DNA from: Octopus sinensis
Lineage: Eukaryota
Direction: 5' to 3'
Assembly: GCF_006345805.1 (NCBI RefSeq)
Contig: NC_042999.1
Location: 165,168,001-165,232,000, forward strand
DNA length: 64,000 nt
Below the pieces are notes generated by a model. The model saw nothing but the letters and a program-made list of their open reading frames with translations, was not told the DNA's origin and searched no databases. This document shows, piece by piece, positions 1-12,040 of this stretch. The first letter of the stretch is position 1. Each line of letters begins with the position of its first letter. Made by a program: the position numbers and the translations under genes.

Positions 1-1297
1 ATCACGCGCTGAGACTGCGACATCTCAGGCTCTTCGTAGACGACGGTGAACAGGTGTGGTCGCCGTTTGTGAGGCACGCTTTCTCGCAGCTCATCTCCAT
101 GCCCGAACTGCAATCGTGGATCAAAAAGAGGCCGAGGAAGGGCGAATGGCACAGCGAGTGTCGCGTTGCTCTCAAGCAACTTTGCCGTCCTGGGTCAACC
201 TTGAGTGACTCCATCACAACCAAAGCATTCTATAGGGGATTAGTGGAGGGGAGGTACGACGACGAGCTCGGGGCGAACCTGGACGTCGACGAGGAATACC
301 TGACCCGCCTGTTCGGGACGACTTTCGGGCCAGGGCCCATGGGTAACTTCCAGAGATCCCTGGCCTGGCAGTGCTACCGAGAAGCGCTACCCGTTCGGGA
401 TAAGCTCTACAGACACGGCTCGAGAAACACGGTGCCGACCTGCCCGAGATGCGGTCAGAGCGACGAAACTGTTCTGCACGCACTTGTGCAGTGTCCAACA
501 ATTTCCGACCTGTGGGCTTATGTCGAACAACTGCTGTCACGTGTGGGACGAGTCGGTTTATCAGCTGAGTCTATCGTCAATATTGTCACGCCTCCTTCCT
601 TCAAACGGGAAGGAAGAGCTATTTTCATCATCCTTGTGGCTATGGCGAAAGAATGTATCTGGTGGACGAGTCTGAAAGGATTGGAGACAAACACTTTCCT
701 CTCTGGTCAACCTCTCATCAACTTCTTCAAGTACCACTTGAAAAGGAAAGTGAGAGTAGAGAGGCAAGTTTTGTCTAGCGAACGTTTTAAAAAAAGATGG
801 GTGAATGTAGCAAGGATGGCACGTATGAATGACGAAGCCACCTTGAGCATAATCCTATGAACCCAGAAACTGAAAACAGAGTGTTACCCACTTGCAAACA
901 AATGTGGTAACATGTAACAATATTGACCAAGGTTACCGTGGTCTTTTTCGTAGGCTTTTCTTCCCACGGATAAACCTTACTTGCTTTCCCCTTTACACCA
1001 TACATCATGACACTGTGATACACGATCCCTATTGATCGTTTTTTTTCCTCTCCCCCTTTTTTTCCTCTTTTTTCTTCTTTTCTCATTTTTCTTTTCTTTT
1101 TTCCCTTTCTTCTTTTTTTTCTTTTCCTTTTTCTTTCTATTTTTCTTTTTTTTGTTCTTTTTTCCCTTTTTTGTTCTTTTTACGATCCCTTTTGATCGAA
1201 AACCTACGCCACCTTTTTTTTTTTCTCCCCCAAAAGAAAAGATCTACCTTGTAACTTGTCCCATCTGTGTGCAGCCCTGTGTGGCCAATAAAGAAAC

Positions 1298-1298
<1 letters not shown>
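1..1298 (+). mobile_element. 3' end of Tx1/L1-type LINE including 3' UTR
   Basis: ORF end at 860, pyrimidine-rich 3' UTR, AATAAA at 1287-1292, then an abrupt switch to (TATC)n at 1299. Confidence 0.75.
3..860 (+). CDS. C-terminal part of a Tx1/L1-type non-LTR retrotransposon ORF2 (zf-RVT region); 5' part lies outside the window
   Basis: Frame open from base 3 to the stop at 860. Contains the CCHC-type motif CPRCGQSDETVLHALVQC preceded by WQCYREALPVRDKL, typical of the zf-RVT end of L1/Tx1 ORF2. Confidence 0.8.
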   Translation, partial: HALRLRHLRLFVDDGEQVWSPFVRHAFSQLISMPELQSWIKKRPRKGEWHSECRVALKQLCRPGSTLSDSITTKAFYRGLVEGRYDDELGANLDVDEEYLTRLFGTTFGPGPMGNFQRSLAWQCYREALPVRDKLYRHGSRNTVPTCPRCGQSDETVLHALVQCPTISDLWAYVEQLLSRVGRVGLSAESIVNIVTPPSFKREGRAIFIILVAMAKECIWWTSLKGLETNTFLSGQPLINFFKYHLKRKVRVERQVLSSERFKKRWVNVARMARMNDEATLSIIL

Positions 1299-1332
<34 letters not shown>

Positions 1333-1333
1333 C

Positions 1334-1379
<46 letters not shown>

Positions 1380-1460
1380 GTATGGCTTTCTATCTATCTG
1401 GCTGTTTGTCTGTCTGTCTATCCATCTGTTTATCCATCCATCTATATTTGCATCTATCTA
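1299..1460. repeat. (TATC)n microsatellite, degenerating distally
   Basis: Direct reading. Confidence 0.95.
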
Positions 1461-1739
1461 TTGCTAAGCTCTCCTTTCGGCTAACATGCTATTACTCACA
1501 CTACTAATATTTCTGATCTGTCTTTACCAAACGATATATCTTTCTACTTTACTTAATTCTCTCCCGCTCTTCTCTCCGTCTCTTCCACAACACCTGTTCT
1601 TCTCTTCTCTCATACTTCATCGTTATCCGTTTTCCCTTTTTCTTTCTAATGTTCTCCTTTGGTTTCTCTCCTTTCCTCTCCTTTTTTTCGTTAATTCTCT
1701 TTCCCTTTTTTCTTTCTTTATTTCTTTCAATCTTTAATC

Positions 1740-1990
1740 TTTCAAATGTATTTCCTTGTATGTCCTTGATCTTTTTTTCCTTCACTTTCAACTGATTCTT
1801 CCAGCCCATTCTTGTATATGTGTTTTGTTGTTGTTTATCCCTGATATCGGCTCGAATCGTGATTTTTATTCGTTTAAGATTATCTGCAATTAGGTTACCT
1901 AAGGTACCCCGTCTTTCAGATAGTAGGATATGATACAAGATGGGAATTGTTGCCACTACTATCAGAACAAGTAATCGTATGAACGCTCTC
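1740..1990 (-). pseudogene. Possible decayed Penelope GIY-YIG endonuclease C-terminal fragment
   Basis: Minus-frame peptide ADIRDKQQQNT...GWKNQLKVKEKKIKD...FERLKIE loosely resembles the end of Penelope endonucleases; weak. Confidence 0.25.
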
Positions 1991-2401
1991 GATATTTCCT
2001 ATACGGCTGCGTTTTTAAACGTTTGACTCTGGTCTTGTCTTTAAACATGGCAGTTATTTTTTAATTCAAGAAAACACAACACCCTCATAGCCGATGCAAA
2101 CTTTGATCGTGTTTCTCAGACTATGTTGTTGCTGTTGTTGTTATGTGGTTTTTGTTGTAATGCTGTTTTATTTGTTATGTTGTTGTTGCTTCTTAGCTTC
2201 AAGTTTAATCGTCATCGAGCAGACCTACGATCAAAGTTCTTCTTCACATAATCGTTCCATCCTTTTGTATTTAATAATAGTAAACCCAGCACTAAAGAGG
2301 AGAACGAACAGAATCGTCAGAACATCGAAGAGAATACCTTACAACCCTAACCCTGTAGTCCCCCAACCCCGAGGTCTGGGGATATATATATATATTATAT
2401 A

Positions 2402-2478
<77 letters not shown>

Positions 2479-2515
2479 TATATTTGTAATATACATGTAC
2501 TGAATGTGTAATATG

Positions 2516-2727
2516 CGAGGGGTGCCGAATAATTCCTGGCTTTAAGGGTGTTGCGACAGGCCTGGTTGGAGACACAACCTTCCGAGTTCTTTTACAGGGC
2601 TTAGAAAAACTGAAGAATCGCTGCAATAAGTGTGTGAATCTGAGAGGGGAACATGTTAAATAATAATTAACTGATCCTCCTGGTTTTTTCTTTTACCCAA
2701 AGCCAAGAACTTTTCAGTATCCTCTCG
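2516..2727 (+). mobile_element. Internally deleted mariner element (MITE-sized)
   Basis: ~30-bp imperfect TIRs (CGAGGGGTGCCGAATAATTCCTGGCTTT vs revcomp of AAAGCCAAGAACTTTTCAGTATCCTCTCG), TA at the right flank, and the internal mariner C-terminal peptide GLEKLKNRCNKCVNLRGEHVK*. Confidence 0.75.
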
Positions 2728-2771
2728 TATTATATGTGTAATGTATATGTATTATGTGTGTAACAATATAT

Positions 2772-3055
2772 AAAAGACCCCCCTTCGGTCCTGAATGACC
2801 ATGGGATTGCCTTTAGTAGGTTCCTCTCCGAGACACAAGTGTGAGCAAAGTTATTTGCAGAAAACCAACAGTTGCCCATGCATATCAGTCCGCCCTCTCC
2901 AAGCTACCGATGTTGTCCAAAGGAAAGGTGAAGTCCGATGCAGCTTGGTAGTTGTATGAACTGGAGCAACGCGAGTGAAATAAAGAGTGAAATAAAGTAC
3001 TCAACACACATGAGTCGAATTCACAATCTTTTATCACTGAGTCATGTACTTTCAC
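2772..3055 (-). mobile_element. tRNA-derived SINE, family D (CORE-like central domain, GACCGAAGGGGGTC tail), degenerate
   Basis: Similar to copies at 11256-11738 and 31990-32310. Confidence 0.7.
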
Positions 3056-3281
3056 ATGACCAATGACGTTATATATAGCAAGACAAAGGGAAGACTAAGT
3101 GGTTGTTCGATCTGCTTTCTCGATAAAGAAAGACACATTGGAAAATGTTATCCGGTAGTACACAATAGCTGATCAAAACAAAAAGCAAAGACGAGATGTC
3201 GTCCATTCCATCATGGCCGGCTTATACTAAGCAAAAAGTAACACGACCAACATAGCAGTAGAAAGTGTATCCTTCCCTGGC

Positions 3282-3955
3282 ATACTTTCACATGTGTACC
3301 CTCCCGACTTTGTTGCCTCATAACTTCCAGAAAAACTCATATTTTTTAATGGAATTTCCAACAAATACGCTTTAGATTATGTAGATGCCGATTATTTCGG
3401 AACTCGTGGTGAAAATACATTCTTTCGTGAGTGGGAAGAGGAGTTTCGGAAAATTCACATCAGTCAGCTTCGTTTCTTCATAACTTTCAGAAAGATAAAG
3501 TTATGAAATTCTATATAAATACTTTTCAGAGAGAATAGATTGCGTTTATATCGAATTTAATATGAAAAACAAAATCGGTGGACTCGTACACATACATACT
3601 GACACATCATATACATCTACACAGTGAAACTAGAAATTTCGAAAAACAATTGGGATATGTGTCAGTATGTATGTGTACGAGTCCACCATTTTTGTTTTTC
3701 ATATCAAATAACGATATAATTGTAATTTACTCACTCAAAAGTTTAAAGGTTATTTGTAGAAAATATCATTTATAAATACCCTTTTTCCCGAAAGTTATCA
3801 GGACACAAAAAGGAATTTTTTTTTTCAACATATATTCTGATAAAATCGGAATTTATACCATCTGAAGTGTATTTGCAGAAAATTCCATTGAAACATATCC
3901 ATTATTCTGGAAGTTATGAGGAAACAAATTCAGAGGGGCACACATGTAGCAGTAT
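3282..3955. mobile_element. MITE/foldback element with ~113-bp imperfect terminal inverted repeats
   Basis: 3290-3402 matches the reverse complement of 3835-3947 (e.g. CCTCATAACTTCCAGAA / TTCTGGAAGTTATGAGG). Internal perfect 11-bp hairpin at 3477-3507. Confidence 0.75.
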
Positions 3956-4149
3956 TCTCCTTCCCTCGCATTTAAATTTGAAGGGATCGCTACCAAAATT
4001 CTCAAAAATAAAGAAGAAAGAAAGAAAATGAAACAACGGAAAACGTTTTAAAATTTAAGACCACAACAATAAATTAAGTTACTTTCAACATTCCCACTCC
4101 CATGAGACATAAACAAATTTTTATTTACCATAATTTTTGTCTTGTGACA

Positions 4150-4536
4150 AGATGGAAGCACTCCGTCGGTTACGACGACGAGGGTTCCGGTTGATCCGAA
4201 TCAACGGAACAGTCTGCTCGTGAAATTAACGTGTAAGTGGCTGAGCACTCCACAGACACGTGTACCCATAACGTAGTTCTCGGGGATATTCAGCGTAACA
4301 CAGAGAGTGACAAGGCCGGTCCTTTGAAATACAGGTACAACAGAAACAGGAAGTAAGAGTGAGAGAAAGTTGTGGTGAAAGAGTACAGCAGGGATCACCA
4401 CCATCCCTGCCGGAGCCTCGTGGAGCTTTAGGTGTTTTCGCTCAATAAACACTCACAACGCCCGGTCTGGGAATCGAAACCGCAATCCTACGACCGCGAG
4501 TCCGCTGCCCTAACCACTGGGCCATTGCGCCTCCAC
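4150..4536 (-). mobile_element. tRNA-derived SINE, family C, full length with 10-bp TSD
   Basis: Minus-strand head with A box (TGGCCCAGTGG) and B-box-like GGTTTCGATTCC. TSD TCTTGTGACA at 4140-4149 and 4537-4546. Confidence 0.85.
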
Positions 4537-5039
4537 TCTTGTGACAGACTAATTATGAATAGGAATAAATATGAACTGATGACGTATTACTCACCTTTTT
4601 ATTCCAATCAGTTAGCATTTAACGACTACCTCTCACCCACTTTCAAGCGTTTATTGTTATTGCTATTAGTGCCGATGGGTTAGAGCTCAATTTTGTTGCG
4701 AAGAGGGCGGGAAGGGTATAGTGTCTAGGATGGTTATCGGTTACAGTCTTACAAATTAAGTGAAATAATTTTGAATGTCAGTATTGTACAATGCATAAAA
4801 AAATCCCCTCTGCAATGGATTGTGCTATAAATAATAGAAAAATAGTCGTCCTCGAGAGTTTTATTAGATAAATTAATGGCAAGTAATTACCAGTTTCCAT
4901 AGAAATGAATGCAAATTGTGTGTAGTATATTTGCAAAAATTCCTTTGGAATTTATAAAATCCCTGACCTCTCCTATTAGAATAAAAAAAAGAATATAAAA
5001 AAAACGAAAAGGACAGAGCGTTTAGATAAGCCAGAATTT

Positions 5040-5330
5040 TAAAAAGAATTTATGCAAACAGAAAACTATTTTCAAAAGATATATCAATGAAGATTATTCT
5101 ATAACGCAAGCAATTTACGAAGTTTGCGAGATTGCTGCAAAGGATGTGAATTTGCTAAAACAGATGTTTAGTTTCTGTGCGCAGATTTGAACTAGAGAAA
5201 ATGTGGAGAATAGTTTATCACGAAAGACAGTTCTTTTTCCACTGGTTTAATGTAGATGATATCGTTGTGCCCCTGGCCTTCGCAAGTTCTAGTGAGATCA
5301 ACATGGCTCATATGTCTCGAAATACTAACT
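5040..5330 (+). pseudogene. Decayed hAT (Charlie/GTF2IRD2-like) transposase fragment
   Basis: Peptides ITQAIYEVCEIAAK and ENSLSRKTV resemble the ASY.V...IAK and SLSR.TV motifs; stops present. Confidence 0.4.
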
Positions 5331-5544
5331 GGGAACAAACACCGATTATTTGGAAACTCCATTAATTAGACCACCAGCGAAGCAACAAAGAGCAAATATA
5401 TTTATGGCGAAACATAAGCAACATTGTACTCCAACAATTTTTTATTCCTTTTCTGTCAAACATGAAATTGTTATCTTTGCAAATAGCACTTTTATTCTTT
5501 TACTTGTTTTAATCATTGGACTGCGGTCATGCTGAAACTCCATC

Positions 5545-5830
5545 TCGGCAAAAGTCGACCTCGGAGGAATTTGAACTCAGAACGTTGCTGCAGACGAAAT
5601 ACCTATTTCTTTACAATGGGCTAAACACAGAGAGGACAAACAAGGACAGACAAACGGATTAAGTCGATTATATCGACCCCAGTGCGTATCTGGTACTTAT
5701 TTAATCGACCCCTGAAAGGATGAAAGGCAAAGTCGGCCTCGGAGGAATTTGAACTCAAAACGTAGCGGCGCACGAAATACCGCTAAGCATTTCGCCCGGC
5801 ACAGCAACGTTTCTGCCAGCTCGCCGTCAT
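5545..5830 (-). mobile_element. SINE family B (GCGAGCTGGCAGAAACGTT head) with partial internal duplication
   Basis: Matches copies at 16880-17075 and 57616-57820; B-box-like GAGTTCAAATTCC. Confidence 0.75.
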
Positions 5831-6856
5831 TAGAGCTTAGTATATTCTTATATTGTTTCTATCAACAATCAGTCCCGGTGGCGCGGTTTGTTACAGAATA
5901 AATATATGATGAACAAGAAGTATTAACATATCTGATACAGTCTTGTCATTGTTGAATAAATAATTAGATCATGCCCTATAGATAGATGACACATCACGTA
6001 TTTATTGTTAAAGACAGTAACGACTTTACGGATAGACGGATCCTTGTTGCTATCAACCAATATAATAATAACCAAGTAGCTGAGACTGGCTTCCTATATT
6101 CCTTCATGTTCTCCGAATAGCTTATAAATCATTGTATCAATTTCGCAAACTTGAAGACTCTTAACTTTAAATGAGATGGCCAGCAGTCGCTTAATCCTCT
6201 TAACAACCAAATGCGAAAGATTAGAGAAATTTCTGCAGTTGTTCAAATTCCTGTTTAAAAAATTGGTATATAAAGCTAAAGGTAAATCATATGAAACTCT
6301 GTTCACCTTCTTTCTGAATTCTTTTTTTTCCCCTCTCCACTCATTATATGGTATCATATGCTAAGCTGGAATAATACCATATTCCCGGAAGGCATTCGAT
6401 TTCGTGATCGCTGCTCTTCTCTTTACTTTGCAAATTTTCTAATAAGAGGCAACGTCTTTGCGCACGCACACGCGGTCGTGTGCACGTGCACACGCACGCG
6501 CATGCGCACGCATACACACATACAAAGTAAAACAGGTACATATGATTATATACAAACAGATAATTATGCATATATTTACATTCATTCGTCCATCCATCCA
6601 TGTGTGTATATATGTAGGTATGTATATATATATATGTAATAAGCTGTATATGTGTATGCATATATATGTGTGTGCGTGTATGTGTGTGTATTTATATAAG
6701 CTTGTACATATGTAAAACAGCCGTCTATGCATATGCGTGTATATGAATGGTTGTGTTTATACGTATGCGTGCGTGTGTGTGTTGTGTGTGTGTGTGTGTA
6801 TGGTTGGATGGCTGAATGGATGTAAATATATACGTAATCATCTATCTTTATGTAAT

Positions 6857-6892
<36 letters not shown>

Positions 6893-7639
6893 ATATATAT
6901 GTATGTATATATGTGTCTATACCCGTATATATATACACACATATGTGTGGGTACATACATACATACACACACACGCACACACGCACAGACACGTACGCAC
7001 GTACGCTCGCGCGCACACACATACACACACATATGTACACATAAATATATCTTGTGTATAACTGTACACAAGATTTCCATGCAATTGACTTGCTAATTTG
7101 TTTCATTCAGTTTCATATTTGTATTGATTATACAAAATGGCATTCTGATACAGAACAACAGATTCAGCCATCGAAGACCGTCATCCAAACCACCACCACC
7201 ACCACAAAAAAAAGAATAGATAAAAATAAAGACACCGACAGATTACATTGCAAGAGAACAGACACTTGTATGCTCTTGAGTAATCGAAACAGGAGACACG
7301 GAGAAATATCTTCTGCCTTGTCCTCAAACAAAAGGACACTGTATTATAAGGCAAATCGCTACATTGCTTTTTTTGTTATATTATTTTCTCTTTTTTATGC
7401 ATCTATGTGTGTGAATATATGTGTTTGTATTTCATTATTCAGTTTTATTTCAAGATTTCTTGCCAATGGAAAAAAGTGCCGGTTTCTTACCTAGATCCAA
7501 GACTCCAACATGTTATTTTCGTATGTATGTATGTATACATGTATGCATACATGAATGTATGTATATGTGCATATTCGTATGTTTTGTTTTATGTGTGTAT
7601 TCTCATGCATATAGTTGCATGTCTAGACATGCAAATATA

Positions 7640-7850
7640 TACATAAATGATAAACAGATTTTTACAGTTCCAGTGATGGCTTGGATCGATAGTCTTCGAA
7701 TCAGCTTTCTCCTTTCTGGTTTTCATAAGCTTAATTTCCAAAGATTGGTATTTAGGCGGTGTTAGATATCCCAGTGCCCCAACAATTAAAGGTATAAAAC
7801 CGAACTTGTAATCTGGATAGAGTAACTGTATATTCCGCAATAGTTCAGTG
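7640..7850 (-). mobile_element. 3' fragment of an R4-type (restriction-like endonuclease) non-LTR retrotransposon
   Basis: Peptide RNIQLLYPDYKFGFIPLIVGALGY and, in another frame, QAITGTVKIC; the same motifs occur at 59330-59440. Confidence 0.7.
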
Positions 7851-7999
7851 TAGGTATTTTTTTTCGCTGATCTTTAGCTTTGTGTTAACATCCACTGGGC
7901 AGCTGATTTCCATCACTGTACACAGTTTCTCTTCTCAATCCTATGTATGTATGTATGTATGTATGTATGTATGTATGTATGTATGTATGTATGTATGCA

Positions 8000-8380
8000 T
8001 GTCAGGTCACTTTCGAATGCTACTGGTAACATGTAACCCAGTACTACCAGTTGCATGGTCGGGTCGTCAGCGACTAAACCGGCAACCCGACCAAGCTTGC
8101 TTGGTGAGGAGGGTGTTTATTGGTCACCCTGCGGGATGAAAAGCAAAACCCGTCAAAGGGCGGAGGAACTCTTGAGAGTCAACGGACATCCAATAAATGT
8201 CTTAAGGCTGTATCATGCGTGGGGACATAGAAATAATCGGACTGAATACCCAATCGCGAGGTTAAACCATTGGGAGTGAAGGACTCCTAGCCTTTGTTAG
8301 GGCATCCTTCTAGGAGAAGGTAACTCAGGTAACTGGGATAACTCCGACATAAAACCTGCGGCTCAGTGGTTACCGATGAT
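8000..8380 (+). mobile_element. RTE-type 5' UTR-derived non-coding element between (TATG)n tracts
   Basis: GC-richer, hairpin-rich island with AGCCTTTGTTAGGGCATCCTTCTAGGAGAAGGTAACTC, resembling the conserved block of RTE-clade 5' UTRs (recognition, not searched). Confidence 0.5.
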
Positions 8381-8926
8381 GTTGACTTGTTCTTCTTTTC
8401 GGATTATGGCTGCTGTTGCTTAGTGCGTGGGATTGACTCAGTGCACAGCCTTTCCTCACTTTAAAAAAAATTTCTTGCAAAGGCATTGCACGATAACAAC
8501 ATTGATTAAGATTCGTGCAATGGCCATACTCGATAACGAGGGGGCAGCCACCATGTATGTATGTATGTATGTATGTATGTATGTATGTATGTATGTGTTT
8601 GTGCGTGCGTGCGCGCGTGTGTGTGCTAACTGACCACCTACTTGGTAGCAAGGTTGTGATGGAAAGTATCATCTTTTAACCATTATCCATTAAATCTTAA
8701 AACGGTCTGACAGATTTTTATAATCTCAGATATCGCGATCATTTGTAGCATATGAATTAAAGATTTGCATCCTCTCCCCAAAATTCCAAGTTCAGCCATA
8801 CTTTGCCCCAGACGGGTTGGTATGTACCCCGTTGCTCTAATAAAAATAGATATGAAGCTTAAAGTGCGTCTTTGGTACTGAATTTGGAAACTCTTTGTCA
8901 ATGGTCCGTAGATGTCGTAGGTATTC

Positions 8927-9135
8927 ATGTATGTATGTATGTATGTATGTATGTATGTATGTATGTATGTATGTATGTATGTGTGTATGTATGTATGTAT
9001 GTATGTATGTATGTATGTATGTATGTATGTATGTTTGTATGTATGAATGTATGTTTGTATGTATGAATGTGTGTATGTATGTATGTATGTATGTATGTAT
9101 GTATGTTTGTATGTATGTATGTATGTATGTATGTC
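8927..9135. repeat. (TATG)n microsatellite
   Basis: Direct reading. Confidence 0.95.
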
Positions 9136-9727
9136 TGAAAGACACAGCAGTGTAAACAATCCAAAGAGACTAAATAACTCATGATTTTTTTATCTCTTTG
9201 TTATCTATAAGAATGGACAACATAGTAATACAACGCAATGTACTTTACGCTGAAACTTTATAAATTCTAGTTCTCACTTTTCCAATGCACAGATTTTCTT
9301 ACCAGGAAAGAAAAAAACCCAGATATTATATCATATATGTGGTAAAATAATTGGAGCTTGAAGTCCTCTAACCAGCGTTTTTGAAATGTTTCAGGATAAG
9401 TTTCCGATTTACGACGCAAAACATGTTGAATATAAGACTTCGTCCGGAGTGTGTAACAGCCTGTCACGAGGCTGTACATCGTTCAGGTATTCGGATTACA
9501 AGAGATGAGGGATGTCCATAGATTTAAAGTTTCCAGCAGCGCTTACCAACAGCCGTAATATACATTCTGCCAAGTGTCCCTAACTGGCTAAAAGGGAACC
9601 TCAGTTGGGAGATGCGACCACCTCGTCATTTAGACTTGAACAATCGAAACATTTATGTCTGCGGAATCCCAAAGAATGTATTTCTAAATCAAATGTAAAT
9701 AATTAAAATCTCCAACACCAGCTGAGT

Positions 9728-9900
9728 CTTCTTCTTCTTCTTCTTCTTCTTCTTCTTCTTCTCCTCCTCCTCCTCCTCCTCCTCCTCTCCTCCTCCTCCT
9801 CCTCCTCCTCCTCCTCCTCCTCCTCCTCCTCCTCCTCGTATTCCTCCTCCTATTCTTTCCTCTCCCTCCTCATCCCTTCGTTGTCATCGTCCTCCGCTTC
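9728..9900. repeat. (TTC)n/(TCC)n microsatellite
   Basis: Direct reading. Confidence 0.95.
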
Positions 9901-9932
9901 CTCCTTCTCTTCTCTCTCTCTCCCTCTCTCTA

Positions 9933-9975
<43 letters not shown>

Positions 9976-10068
9976 TTAGAGACAAAACCACTATTATGCA
10001 AATTAAACAAAGAAAGACTTAATCCAATACATAAAAAAATTTATATAAATTAAATAAAATTAAATTCG

Positions 10069-10114
10069 CCACTACAATTGTTTCGTGTCTCTTCTAAGGA
10101 CATTCATCAGGTGG
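10069..10114 (-). ncRNA. Minimal type-I hammerhead ribozyme motif (near-canonical)
   Basis: Minus strand: CCAC CUGAUGA AUGUC cuuagaaga GACAC GAAA CAAUUG UA GUGG. Stem I 4 bp, intact core, stem II with an A-C mismatch at its base, palindromic stem III, GUA triplet. Confidence 0.7.
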
Positions 10115-10189
10115 TATTCAGATCTTCTATTCAATTTTATATATTGTTGGCATCCTTTTTGTCTCGGGAGACAATGGAGTTGCGCATAA

Positions 10190-10462
10190 AGTAGTCTAAT
10201 CCGGCTTTTACATTTCATGTCCTGATACATTTCCTGCTGTGGCTGTGTAGTCCTATCCTGGACAAACACTTCCTCTGGCAGGTACCGCAACTGTAGCGAA
10301 GACTGTTCCTTTTGCAAAAGAGACATGAAGGCCTGCAACATCAATATTAGCGGTTGGGAGGCAGGTGCCGGCAACCATGGAGACTGGCGACATACCGTAA
10401 AAGAGGGAATACAAAGGAGTGACAGAGAGAGAGGGGAGAAATGGAAAGACAAGAAAAGACGT

Positions 10463-10465
<3 letters not shown>
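10190..10465 (+). mobile_element. RTE (BovB-like) LINE 3' coding fragment
   Basis: Peptide [40 protein letters not shown], typical of RTE C-termini. Confidence 0.65.
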
Positions 10466-10497
<32 letters not shown>

Positions 10498-10739
10498 CAC
10501 ATATATACATCCATATACATACATAATACATACATATATATACATATACATACATATATACAAATATTTTTATACATGCATATGTATATCTGCAGATATA
10601 CATATGTGTATATGTATGGGGTTACAAATAATGTCCTGTCGTCTTTTCGACATGATCACTTTGATGGTACTTTGTAAATACACACGGTAAAATAAGCATA
10701 AATATTTTTTCATTCTAATGGAGGTTTTTACTTCTCTCT

Positions 10740-11870
10740 TTGAACTTTACTTTATATAATATTGGTTGAATTGGTATCGATTTCTAAATCTTTTAACAAG
10801 AGTTACTGTATGAATTCCATTGGGAATCTTCAGTAGTGGAAGCTACGAGAAATATTCGTTCTGTCTATGGAAATGAAGCTTTATATGTCCAGACAAACCA
10901 ACAATGGTTTGGTCATTTATGCCGAGGAATTTTTTCTTTCACAGATCCGCCTCTATCTGGGCAACCAGGTTCTGTCAATACTGTGATTTTGAAAACTGTA
11001 GGTGCGAAAGATTATAAGCAAATTGCACGAGAATTAACAAAACAACTCAACTCAGATCTCACTACGATTATAAAACGCTCTCGTTAACTAAAAAAATTGT
11101 ATAAATTTATTAAGTGGTTCCCTCATTATGTGACTGCTTCTCAGCTTAATTAAAAAAGTTACCGTCTGCTTGTAATTGAAGAATAGACATGCTACCAGAC
11201 GTTTACCGGCTGCAATCATTACAAGTGATGAAAAATGGGTTCTCAATAGTCATATCGCGAAGGTGCACGGCTCAGTGATTAGAGCGTCGGGCTAACAACC
11301 ATGAGATAGTGAGTTCGATTTCCGGACCGGGTTGTGTGTCGTATTCTTGAGCAAGATACTTTATTTCACGTTGCTCCAGTTCACTCAGCTGTAGGTGAAA
11401 GCGCATGGCTCAATGGTTAGAGCGCCTGACTCACAATCAGAAGGTAGTGAGATCGATTCACGGGCCGGGCTGTGTATTGTGTTCTTGAGCAAGACACTTT
11501 ATTTCATTTTGCTCCAGTTCACTCAGCTGTAGAAAGGAGTTGCGATATCACTGGTGCCAAGCTATATCGGCCCCTTTGCCTTAATCCTTGGATGACATCG
11601 GTGACGTGGAGAGGGGAAGCTGGTATGCATGGGCGACTGCCGGTCTTCTATAAACAACCTTACCCGGACTTGCGGCTCGGTGGGGGAGAACTTTCTAGGG
11701 ACAATCCCACGGTCATTCATGACCGAAGGGGGTCTTTTATAGTCATATGGGAACGAAAATAACAGTGGTTACGACCCTATAAAATAGAGGAATCTGTCCC
11801 CAAACCAGTACTACACCCGAGAAAACAGTTATGCGCTGTGTTATCGTCTATTATGAAGTGTTAAATCAAA
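10740..11870 (+). pseudogene. Decayed mariner transposase interrupted by a SINE
   Basis: LLYEF...EATRNI..VYG...QWF...G.FS.TD.P.SGQP (HTH region), KWFPH (WVPH), IITSDEKWV (first catalytic D motif); resumes after the SINE with PKPVLHPRK. Confidence 0.8.
11256..11738 (+). mobile_element. SINE family D with duplicated tRNA head, 10-bp TSD
   Basis: Two consecutive A-box/B-box/CORE-like heads (~11262-11395, ~11396-11530). TSD ATAGTCATAT at 11246-11255 and 11739-11748. Confidence 0.85.
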
Positions 11871-12040
11871 CACTTTCCTAATTCGATGGAATGACGTTAT
11901 CGAATGACGTGATGGGGTGCGGATATTATCCTACTGAAGTATATCAATTGAATCTAAAGATGCATTTATTTACTTCCTATCTTGAAATGCGACAGAACTA
12001 TATCTTCAACCTAATACACACACGCGCATGCGCACATAAT

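Noticed and set aside
2343-2354. AACCCTAACCCT telomere-like repeat
   Set aside because: Only two units.
7995-8075. Minus-strand CUGACGA...GAAA as a hammerhead
   Set aside because: Base of stem II unpaired and no valid UH triplet with stem I.
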